26,942 nt of DNA, from the IMG/VR virus record IMGVR_UViG_3300037044_000090, positions 1 through 26,942 of that record. One strand, written 5' to 3'. Positions 9,280-16,621 of this stretch are shown in pieces; the stretch's first letter is position 1; each line of letters starts with the position of its first letter. The translations under genes and the position numbers were made by a program. The DNA is from a virus (lineage: Duplodnaviria > Caudoviricetes). The notes under the pieces are model-generated. The model saw only the letters and a list, made by a program, of their open reading frames with translations, had not been told where the DNA came from and ran no database searches.

Positions 9280-9502
9280 ACACACCAAACGGGGTGTTAC
9301 GCAGGAATGGGTATATCAAAACGTGATAAACCCCGACTATTGCATCAGCAAAACCACGTTTTATAAGTATCTTGGCATGAACGCAAAAGCAACGATTAAA
9401 ATGCCCGCCGATAAGCGGCCTAAAGCCACGAAAAACAGCTTTGACTGGTCGCGCAAGCGCTTAAAAAAAGACAGCGACAACGGTAATTCAAAAATTGACT
9501 AA
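9218..9502 (+). CDS. Putative HTH DNA-binding protein, candidate late activator
   Basis: GVTQEWVYQNVI.P.Y.ISKTTFYKYL HTH-like segment; end of early operon where Mor/C lies in Mu-like phages. Confidence 0.6.
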   Translation: MAYKNDNRLRRIIRIQEITLEHTKRGVTQEWVYQNVINPDYCISKTTFYKYLGMNAKATIKMPADKRPKATKNSFDWSRKRLKKDSDNGNSKID

Positions 9503-9535
9503 TTTTATCACAACAATCAAAAAAAAATCTCACAC

Positions 9536-10132
9536 ATGAAAAACACCTTCATTTTAGCACTCTCAATCGTGCTGCTGGCAGCCTGCAGCAGGCAAATGCC
9601 GCGGGCAGATCAGGCAACAACACAGGCAACCGACAGCTTGAAACTATTGCTCGAACAGATAAATCAAAAAATTGACAGCCAGCAAACACAGCTAACGCTT
9701 ATAAAAGCAAGGCTTGACCGGCAAAATCAAAAAGACCTTGGCATTGTGTGTTTTATTGGCAACACACGCCCCGAAATACGCCGCTACTGGCTGCTCAATG
9801 TGGACGAACAATACATTGGCGAGGGTGTGTATGCCGATGCAGAGCTTGATTTTTTGTCCATCCGTCCGCCGGTTGGCACCGGAGCTCCCTATTTTGCAGC
9901 ATCATTTAGCCCCGGGGGCAGCTGCATCGAACACTCGCAGCTTATCAGCGCCGACGATTTTGGCGTTTACATTCAACGCTTCAAATACCTTGGCTTTGAA
10001 TACAACAAAGCATTGGATGGATGGATGAACCAGGCCGATACAGACCATGTGTGGTATATGGAAGCCTACCACCCCAACTATTTTGTGAGCTGCGCAACGG
10101 TGAGCTATCGAAGAAAGATGATTGGTAAATAA
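9536..10132 (+). CDS. Lipoprotein
   Basis: MKN + hydrophobic stretch + lipobox LAAC; coiled coil then beta-rich domain. Confidence 0.8.
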   Translation: MKNTFILALSIVLLAACSRQMPRADQATTQATDSLKLLLEQINQKIDSQQTQLTLIKARLDRQNQKDLGIVCFIGNTRPEIRRYWLLNVDEQYIGEGVYADAELDFLSIRPPVGTGAPYFAASFSPGGSCIEHSQLISADDFGVYIQRFKYLGFEYNKALDGWMNQADTDHVWYMEAYHPNYFVSCATVSYRRKMIGK

Positions 10133-10142
10133 TGCAATAAAT

Positions 10143-10197
10143 CTGATAACACCTGTGTATGCACCGCCACAAGTGGTATATACACCGATGTTATCAG
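10143..10197. repeat. 55-bp imperfect palindrome (attC-like)
   Basis: CTGATAACA 10143-10151 / TGTTATCAG 10189-10197; inner arms GTGTATGCACC / GGTATATACAC. Confidence 0.6.
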
Positions 10198-10212
10198 GCT
10201 TTAAAAAAAAAA

Positions 10213-10243
10213 CTTGACAAATCACCAAACTGTTGTATTTTTG
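10213..10243 (+). promoter_or_regulatory. Bacteroidota primary-sigma promoter of antirepressor operon
   Basis: CTTG(ACA) at 10213 and TATTTTTG at 10236-10243. Confidence 0.75.
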
Positions 10244-10247
10244 CCCC

Positions 10248-10428
10248 TGCATGACATTCATATCATTCTTGGGCAAAAATCAATAAATCAATTTTTGACA
10301 AGATAAAGGGAACGCCCCTAATGGTGGTTGGAACGAAAGAACCAACGACTTAAACGCCCAGCGTATGAGTGTCATGCACACCTACGGGGGGCGTTTCTTT
10401 TTATCACAATTCTTTTTAACGCATGACA
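10248..10428 (+). ncRNA. Structured leader / C4- or CI-like antisense RNA controlling antirepressor
   Basis: 10248-10263 pairs with 10363-10378 (16 bp, 2 GU); 10309-10319 pairs with 10387-10397 followed by U-tract; inner GAAA-loop hairpin 10327-10346; GCATGACA repeated over the start codon (10421-10428). Confidence 0.7.
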
Positions 10429-10959
10429 AAAAAGAATGAAAAAGAGGCTATGAGCCTCACCGTAACCGAAGGTTTGACGGTTACCATCCTGCCCAGTTCA
10501 GACCACGAGTTTTTAATGCCGACTAAAGAAGTTGCAAAAGGCTATGGAGCAACTGAGTATTCCATTAGAATGGCAAAAAAAAGAAATCATGCAGAGCTAA
10601 TTGAGGGTAAGCACTTTATTAGCAACGTAACAATTAGTCACGCTGCCTCCCCGGGCTCGTCCATAGGCACCATGTGGACCAAGCGCGGCATTGTTCGATT
10701 AGGCTTTTTTATAAAGAGCCAGCGGGCACGCTTATTCCGCGATTGGGCAGAGGATTTGATCATTAAAGTGGATGAAGCTAAAGATTTGTTTGGCAATCGT
10801 GTTCCTGAGGTCAGGAAGTCGTTGGTAGGCAAAGGTAAGCACAACCGGCTTTCGCCACCGCGTTTGATTGATTTGTTGGCCGATGTTGCTTTGATTGATA
10901 ATCCAGAACTTCGCCACCGCATTATTGATAAGCTGTTGATGAAAGGAGGCCAGGCATGA
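10423..10959 (+). CDS. ORF6N-like phage antirepressor
   Basis: TKEVAKGYG, ELIEGKHF, WTKRGIVRLGFFIKS.RA..FRDWAE motifs. Confidence 0.75.
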   Translation: MTKKNEKEAMSLTVTEGLTVTILPSSDHEFLMPTKEVAKGYGATEYSIRMAKKRNHAELIEGKHFISNVTISHAASPGSSIGTMWTKRGIVRLGFFIKSQRARLFRDWAEDLIIKVDEAKDLFGNRVPEVRKSLVGKGKHNRLSPPRLIDLLADVALIDNPELRHRIIDKLLMKGGQA

Positions 10960-11159
10960 GAGAAGATGCAAAAATTAAACCGGGAAGCGAAATTACATTG
11001 AAGCTTATGAACGTAAACGAAAAGCTATTGGCAGCCAAGGCATGGTGCGCAGCAGAATATGGTGATGCCTGCATTATGTATGATATACTGAATAATATAG
11101 AAGCACAAATGGATGTGTGTATAGAAGAATCGTTTGCCAGGGAAGGAGGCCGCTCATGA
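10956..11159 (+). CDS. Small hypothetical protein
   Basis: AAGGAGG + ATGA coupling. Confidence 0.65.
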   Translation: MREDAKIKPGSEITLKLMNVNEKLLAAKAWCAAEYGDACIMYDILNNIEAQMDVCIEESFAREGGRS

Positions 11160-11359
11160 ACCAGGCCAGCGAAGCGGTGCACATCGTAACATCGGCAGCT
11201 GAGCCTGTGTTTTTTCAGGAGTATCTGCACGAGATGTTTGTGGCCTATTTTGAGGCTAACGATTGCCACAACAAAGAGGACAAGAGCAACGTGATCACCA
11301 CCTACCGCACGCTGCGCGAGTTTTTGCGCGTGCTCGACGAGCAGGAAAAGAAACACTGA
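11156..11359 (+). CDS. Small hypothetical protein
   Basis: AAGGAGG + ATGA coupling at 11156. Confidence 0.65.
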   Translation: MNQASEAVHIVTSAAEPVFFQEYLHEMFVAYFEANDCHNKEDKSNVITTYRTLREFLRVLDEQEKKH

Positions 11360-11376
11360 CAGAGTCGTTATTCAAC

Positions 11377-11408
11377 AAAAAAAAGCCATCCGCTTCGGGT
11401 GGCTTTTT
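11377..11408. terminator. Bidirectional intrinsic terminator
   Basis: A8-GCCATCC-gcttc-GGGTGGC-T5. Confidence 0.85.
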
Positions 11409-11409
11409 A

Positions 11410-11441
11410 TTTGCACAAAGGCAAGCAATAGACTAATTTTG
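11410..11441 (+). promoter_or_regulatory. Promoter of DinD-like moron
   Basis: TTTG 11410-11413, 20 nt, TAATTTTG 11434-11441. Confidence 0.75.
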
Positions 11442-11461
11442 TGGCCAAAATAAGCAATAAA

Positions 11462-12289
11462 ATGACTGATTTGACACATGCTGCAAGTGGCGGCGGCCTC
11501 ACATTTGAGGATTTCAAGCATGAGAATGGCATCACCTATTGGTGGGCATCGGACCTGATGCGCATGTTGGGCTATCCGAATATGCGTGCTTTTCAGAAAG
11601 TGCTCGACAGGGCTACCAAGGCCTTTGTTTCGCTCAACATACCACATTATGAGAATATCATTGCCGAGCAACGCACCATTGAAGGAGCGGCGTGCCAGGA
11701 CTTTAAATTGACACGATTTGCCTGCTACCTGAGCGTGATGAACGGAGATCCAAAAAAAGTTGAAGTGGCACAAGCACAGGCCTATTTTGCACAACAAACA
11801 AGAAAGTTTGAGCTCTACATTGAAAACAACCAGGAAATTGACAGAATCTTGATTCGGGAAGAGCTCACCGAGGGCAATAAATCGTTGAGCTCGACAGTTC
11901 ATCAGGCAGGCATTCAAGATTATGCAAGATTTACCAATGCCGGATATTTGGGCATGTACAATATGCCATCGTGGCAATTGGAGCGAAAAAGAGGCATTAA
12001 AAAAGGAAAGCTGATGGATTTTATGGGACGAACAGAGTTGGCAGCCAACCTGTTTAGGGTTACACAAACAGAAGAGAAAATCAAAAGCAGTGGTGCAAAA
12101 GGGCAGGCAAATCTTGAGCAAACACACTTTCAGGTAGGCAAAGAGGTGAGGGAAATCATTCAAAAAAACGTTGGAAGAAGTCCGGAGAATTTGCAGCAGG
12201 AAAAACAACTTCCGGAAGTGAAGAAAGAGCTCAAACAAGGCTATAAGAAAATGCTCAAAGAAGAGAAGACTGAAAACAAAAAGAAGTAG
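11462..12289 (+). CDS. dinD: DNA-damage-inducible protein D family (Bro-N-like N-terminus)
   Basis: WWASDLMRMLGY, DFKLTRFACYL..MNGDPKK.EVA.AQ.YFA.QTR, D.MG.TELAANLFR.TQTEEK, H..VG.EVR. Confidence 0.88.
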   Translation: MTDLTHAASGGGLTFEDFKHENGITYWWASDLMRMLGYPNMRAFQKVLDRATKAFVSLNIPHYENIIAEQRTIEGAACQDFKLTRFACYLSVMNGDPKKVEVAQAQAYFAQQTRKFELYIENNQEIDRILIREELTEGNKSLSSTVHQAGIQDYARFTNAGYLGMYNMPSWQLERKRGIKKGKLMDFMGRTELAANLFRVTQTEEKIKSSGAKGQANLEQTHFQVGKEVREIIQKNVGRSPENLQQEKQLPEVKKELKQGYKKMLKEEKTENKKK

Positions 12290-12290
12290 C

Positions 12291-12326
12291 ACAAAAAAAG
12301 CCACCCATTGCGGTGGCTTTTTTTGT
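12291..12326. terminator. Bidirectional intrinsic terminator between convergent operons
   Basis: Perfect 15-bp inverted repeat ACAAAAAAAGCCACC / GGTGGCTTTTTTTGT, 6-nt loop. Confidence 0.9.
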
Positions 12327-12871
12327 TAATCAAAGAGATCGAGATCGGGCACTGGTGGTCTGGTGCTTGTGGCAATGGATGCCTGCAGGCTGAGTTTATC
12401 AACGGTGGCCTCGCCAATGCTTGGTTTGTGCAGGCTGTCGGTGTAGGGGTCAACAAGGCAGCTGTATTCAATCACGTGCAGCTTAAAATATTGCGTTGCT
12501 GCCGGGCGCAAGGCTTTGAATTTGAGCGGGCTTGTTTCGGCACTTGCCAGGTTGTTCATCACAAAACGCACGGCACGCAGCAGGCGCAGGTATTGCAGCC
12601 CTGGCTGCAAATCGGCTGCATAGCTGGCAGTGAGCTCGCCGGGGTCTTGCACCACGCTCAGCTGCAGGTTTAGCACATCGGAGCTGTTTGGCTCGCCTGG
12701 CACAACGGCAAAGTTGATGAGCACAGCAGGCAAAAAAAGTTCAAAATTCTCCGGATCGTCGGCCTGGCCATAATCAATGTCAATGGTGCGTGGCACTGGC
12801 AATCCGCGATCGGTAAAAACCTGTGTGTTTAAGTTGAACGTTTCGATAATTTTTTGATAGAGCGTTTCCAT
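12326..12871 (-). CDS. Probable tail completion/terminator (Mu gp37-like) protein
   Basis: ID.D.GQ...PAVLI.F motif; follows gpG-like gene. Confidence 0.55.
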   Translation of the reverse strand: METLYQKIIETFNLNTQVFTDRGLPVPRTIDIDYGQADDPENFELFLPAVLINFAVVPGEPNSSDVLNLQLSVVQDPGELTASYAADLQPGLQYLRLLRAVRFVMNNLASAETSPLKFKALRPAATQYFKLHVIEYSCLVDPYTDSLHKPSIGEATVDKLSLQASIATSTRPPVPDLDLFD

Positions 12872-12873
12872 GC

Positions 12874-13410
12874 TTAGCTATTGTTAAATTGTTTGATAAC
12901 CCTTAGAAATTCTGCCTTGACAAAGCGGTTTAGTTTTTGCTCAAGCGTTGCCGATGCACCCATGAAACGGCGTTGCGGCATATTGATATTGAGCTGTCGC
13001 TTGTGGGCGCTAACCACGACTGTTTTTTCTTTGTTGCCCCGTTTTACGCGGCGTGAGTGCTCGCGCACGTTCTGTTCTATCTTACCGCGAAATCCATCGT
13101 TGTGTATCCTTGCATAAGGCACATCACTGCCAATAACAATCTGATTTGGCGAAACGCTGACAATGCGCACAGAGCGCCTTAGCCTGCCGCTTTTGACTAA
13201 GATGGCACGTCCGGGCCTTTCGCGTTTTTTGCCCCATGCCGGTTTTGGGTTTCTGGGTTTCCAGGGATGTGTTGTATGATCAACCCAGTTTTGGGCTCTG
13301 AAGCGGTCCATACTAAAGTTTACGGCCACAACTGCAATGCTGTCGGGTAGGGTAGTCACCAGTTGTTTCAGGCTTTCAACCAGTGCATTGAATTCAGCAG
13401 TTTCTTCCAT
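12874..13410 (-). CDS. Virion morphogenesis protein (Mu gpG / tail_S family)
   Basis: PWKPR, ILVKSGRLRRS, IGSDVPYARIHN.G, MPQRRFMG. Start ATG 13410. Confidence 0.85.
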   Translation of the reverse strand: MEETAEFNALVESLKQLVTTLPDSIAVVAVNFSMDRFRAQNWVDHTTHPWKPRNPKPAWGKKRERPGRAILVKSGRLRRSVRIVSVSPNQIVIGSDVPYARIHNDGFRGKIEQNVREHSRRVKRGNKEKTVVVSAHKRQLNINMPQRRFMGASATLEQKLNRFVKAEFLRVIKQFNNS

Positions 13411-13420
13411 GCGGTGTGGT

Positions 13421-15289
13421 TTATTGTTGATAGGCTGTGTCAACATTGGCAATCACACGCAAAAACATATTCCTGAACCAGTTTTCGAGTTGGTTTTCGT
13501 CCATCTGCTGCAGCTCTGTTTTTTGGGTGTTGATGCCACCCTTTACGAAGCTGTCAATGTTCACGGTGAGGCTTTTGGCTGGTTGTGCAGCCTGGGTTAT
13601 TTCGCCGGCTTTGTCGGGCAGTTTCTTTTCCGAACCGGCTGTATCAGACGTTGGTGTTTCGGCTGCAAAGGGGCTGTTGGCTACCTGAGCACGCTTGGCC
13701 TGGCTTTCTTTTATCAGGTCGTTTATCTCGCCAATTGATGCAGCTGCAGTGTGATATTGGGTATAGCGGTCAGGATTAAATGCCTTATAAATATTGTTTT
13801 TAAACGCTTTGTTGGCCTCGAGTTGTTCGTAAAACAAGGCGCGTCGATCCTTGGCATCAGCTATCATATCGCCATATTCGCGGTCGGTAAGGTTTTCGGG
13901 GGTGATTAGGCTAGCATGTTTATCTCTGATGTTGGATGCAGCCTCACCGGTGATGGTCTTTTTGTAATGCTCAGGTGTCATAAGCCATCTTACGGATGAA
14001 TGTACTGCTTCGGCCAGCCAGGATTTGAATGGGATCATATCCTTTCCTATTTGTGCCCACAACACACTCGTTCGGTTTTGCAATTGATCGTTGATGTAGT
14101 TTATATCATCGCGTGCAATTTTGGTAGCTTTTACAAGGCCAAGTTCGGCATTGTCGAAAGTGTCGAAAGCCGTTTTAAGGCCTTCGGTTTTGTCGGTAGC
14201 GGCCTGAATGAATGCAATAAGACCTTCGCTGCCCGTGAACTGATTTTTAAGTGCAATAACCGAACGATCATCGGTGAGGCTGCGAAACTTTTTGTTGAGC
14301 TCGATCAAAATATCATCAGCCTGGCGAAACCGTCCGTTCACGTCGTACATATTGATGCCAATGCGTTCAAAGGCCTTGATGGTTGTTTCCTTTGTGAGAT
14401 CGTTAAACAGCGATTTGGTGAGTGTCGAAGCTTCGTCAACGCTTTTAACCTTGGCTGTAAATAGTGCAAAAAGCTTGTTGGCAGTGTTAAAATTCTGGTT
14501 GGCCGATGCTGCCGATCCGGCATAAGTGCTCATCACCGATGCAATCTGATCGTAGTTCGTTACGCCCACTTTCACGGTCGCAAAAGCCGACCGGTTAAAC
14601 TCATCGAGTTTGTCGAGCCCAAAGCGGTAGTTGGCCATTGCCTTAGCAGATCCTTCGATCCACTTGTTGAAATCGGCCTGCATGAGGTTGGCAAACTCTC
14701 CTTGCTTGCGAACGATCACATCCACCTCGCGCCCATATTTGCCGGTGGCCGACTGCACATCAAAGAAAGCTGTTGAAGTGGCAGAGTGGTCAAAGCCCTT
14801 GGTGTATGCCGCGCTCATAACCATGTCTTTGAGTTGTGAGCGCTGGCCATCGGTTTTGTCAATGTTGAGCATGGCTAATTGTCGCCAAACCCCCGAAAAC
14901 CTTGCTGCCTCCTGCATTGCAGTTGAAGCGCCTTTGAATGCGACGGCAATAGCAGCTCCGGCCAGGGCAACAGGACTAGTAAGCGCGGCAAAAGCAGCTC
15001 CAAGCCCGGGTATTTTGTCGCCCAAATCGCTCAGGTGTCCTGCCCACCTGGATTTGAGTTGACCAAACTTATCGCCTAATCGGTTGAAGTGCTGACCAAC
15101 CTTGTCGAGATAACCGCGTGTCGTTTTTTCAAAGCCCGACATGTGTGTGTTGGCATTGTTTTTAAAGTCGGCCAACTGATTTTTCATCTCGCGCACGTTT
15201 TGGTTCAGGTGCTGCTTAGCCTCAGTAATGGCGGTTTTCATCCGGTTTTTAACCTCGAGCACGAGGCTAACTTTAGCTTGTCCGTCCAT
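13421..15289 (-). CDS. Tail tape measure protein (622 aa)
   Basis: Ala/Gly-rich helical protein; VKVGVTNY.QIA, IGINMYD.NG.FR...DIL.EL core motifs; C-terminal LTVNIDS. Confidence 0.8.
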   Translation of the reverse strand: MDGQAKVSLVLEVKNRMKTAITEAKQHLNQNVREMKNQLADFKNNANTHMSGFEKTTRGYLDKVGQHFNRLGDKFGQLKSRWAGHLSDLGDKIPGLGAAFAALTSPVALAGAAIAVAFKGASTAMQEAARFSGVWRQLAMLNIDKTDGQRSQLKDMVMSAAYTKGFDHSATSTAFFDVQSATGKYGREVDVIVRKQGEFANLMQADFNKWIEGSAKAMANYRFGLDKLDEFNRSAFATVKVGVTNYDQIASVMSTYAGSAASANQNFNTANKLFALFTAKVKSVDEASTLTKSLFNDLTKETTIKAFERIGINMYDVNGRFRQADDILIELNKKFRSLTDDRSVIALKNQFTGSEGLIAFIQAATDKTEGLKTAFDTFDNAELGLVKATKIARDDINYINDQLQNRTSVLWAQIGKDMIPFKSWLAEAVHSSVRWLMTPEHYKKTITGEAASNIRDKHASLITPENLTDREYGDMIADAKDRRALFYEQLEANKAFKNNIYKAFNPDRYTQYHTAAASIGEINDLIKESQAKRAQVANSPFAAETPTSDTAGSEKKLPDKAGEITQAAQPAKSLTVNIDSFVKGGINTQKTELQQMDENQLENWFRNMFLRVIANVDTAYQQ

Positions 15290-15303
15290 GATTTGAAAAT
15301 TTA

Positions 15304-15334
15304 TTTGACATTTCTAAAATTTGACTTATTTTTG
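15304..15334 (+). promoter_or_regulatory. Bacteroidota promoter driving small RNA antisense to packaging operon
   Basis: TTTG 15304-15307, 19 nt, TATTTTTG 15327-15334; no credible protein gene downstream on +. Confidence 0.75.
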
Positions 15335-15340
15335 TGCTTT

Positions 15341-15403
15341 GAAAATGCCCTGAGTTGCTCCGGTTTGCAAAACCGGCACGGTGACTCAGGGTGTTTTCTT
15401 TTT
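15341..15403 (+). ncRNA. Candidate ~60-nt sRNA with tRNA-Cys(GCA) anticodon-arm mimic
   Basis: 19-bp stem (5 GU pairs, valid only on +), CAC bulge, CCGGU/ACCGG stem, loop UU-GCA-AA, then U5. Confidence 0.65.
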
Positions 15404-16534
15404 GATAAGCTTCGTAGCATCAAAGTTATCTGAGATATAGTGTATGCGAAACTCGTTGTCACGGGTCTGCATCACGTTGATATACGAATCAATACCACCA
15501 ACCTTTGTTTTGTAATAATGCCACTTGATCACGTTTGGATGCGATCCATCGTCATAGCTCCAGTCAAGATAAACAGCATCTTTCATCACATCCGGAAGTT
15601 TTTGCAGCATTGAGGCAATAATTTCGCGGTATTTATGCGGTTTGCCAAGAATTGTTTTCACGTCGCTGCGCCGAAGTGTGATATGTTTAAATTGTTCCTG
15701 AGATGATTCAAACACATAGCCTTTTTCCTGGTTCACATGTTTTTTTGTCCAGACTTTGGCCTGATCTATTGTAACACGATGCTGCAGCCTGATGGCTTGC
15801 TTTAAAACATCGTCCGGAATGCCAATGTAGTAAGGGTGTTGCTTTGGATAGATCATCCCTGTTTTAGCCAGGTTGGTTTTGAACATCGAATTGATTGGCA
15901 CATCGGGTACTGAAGCTGTTTTGGTATGCTTCTTCCCTGCTTGTTGCCGTGCATTGCAACGACACCTCCACCCATTTGGAGGGTAATAGGTATCCCAAAA
16001 CGGATCGTCTATTTCTGCGGTAATTCCATCGAGCAACTCGTGATCAGGGCGTACGCGTTTGTCGCCGACAGTTTCGTAAGTTAACCACGGGTTGGCTTCG
16101 GCCCTGCTCATAAACTCCTGCCAGCGTGCCGACATGGTTGCCGACCCTATTGCGTGGTCGTATTCTGTTAGCAGCCAGTTCTTGTTGTAGGTTGCATCTA
16201 TTTTTCTGACAGCCTCCTCAAAATCGGCAAACGACCTTGTTTTGCCCTGATCGTCCTTGAGTGCAAGGGTGATATCGCGCAGTTGCTGGTAGTCTTTAGC
16301 TACAGAAAATGACCAGGTGTCGCGTGTGAGCCGGGCAAGCATTGCGGCGTCAGGAGTTGTGTAGTCAACCGATAAAAGTGTTTGTCCATAGCCATCGGTC
16401 ACAGCATCGCCAAGCTTGCGCTGGTAGGTTCTTGCAATTGCGGATGAGTCGATAGTATGTTTGCGTTCATACACATCTTTTGCAAGGCTAAGAACGAGTT
16501 GTTCTAATTCATTGCTGTTGGCAGCAGTTGCCAC
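15386..16534 (-). CDS. MuF/SPP1 gp7 minor head protein with C-terminal probable BECR-fold (LPD3/PBECR-like) RNase domain
   Basis: YETVGDKRVRPDH..LDG, DDPFW..YYPPNGWRCRC, F..N..KTG.I....HPY; ~120-aa extension with KPH...L.KLPDVMKDAVY...WHYYK...YINV...F.IHYISD. Confidence 0.85.
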   Translation of the reverse strand: MATAANSNELEQLVLSLAKDVYERKHTIDSSAIARTYQRKLGDAVTDGYGQTLLSVDYTTPDAAMLARLTRDTWSFSVAKDYQQLRDITLALKDDQGKTRSFADFEEAVRKIDATYNKNWLLTEYDHAIGSATMSARWQEFMSRAEANPWLTYETVGDKRVRPDHELLDGITAEIDDPFWDTYYPPNGWRCRCNARQQAGKKHTKTASVPDVPINSMFKTNLAKTGMIYPKQHPYYIGIPDDVLKQAIRLQHRVTIDQAKVWTKKHVNQEKGYVFESSQEQFKHITLRRSDVKTILGKPHKYREIIASMLQKLPDVMKDAVYLDWSYDDGSHPNVIKWHYYKTKVGGIDSYINVMQTRDNEFRIHYISDNFDATKLIKKKTP

Positions 16535-16579
16535 CGGATGAAAACCGCCGCAACACTGACAAGGCTCATAAAGTTGAAT

Positions 16580-16621
16580 GGGATCGGCCTTGGCCTTTGG
16601 GACAATCCCTATCGAAAATTT
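16580..16621 (-). other. Candidate -1 ribosomal frameshift site portal to MuF
   Basis: A-AAU-UUU at 16621-16615, 5-nt spacer, stem GGGAUUG/CGAUCCC; -1 frame open into MuF. Confidence 0.65.

Noticed and set aside
11441-11461. GTG start for dinD
   Set aside because: Overlaps the -7 promoter element; ATG 11462 fits better.
11372-12304. 310-aa minus-strand ORF
   Set aside because: Shadow of dinD; starts and ends inside terminators.
15341-15403. Real tRNA gene, or minus-strand Ala(UGC) mimic
   Set aside because: No D or T arm or CCA. The minus strand loop reads UU-UGC-AA, but five pairs become A-C mismatches and the promoter is on plus.
15089-15433. Plus-strand 114-aa ORF as MuF immunity protein
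   Set aside because: Mostly antisense to the tape measure gene, starts upstream of the promoter, and has non-protein-like composition.
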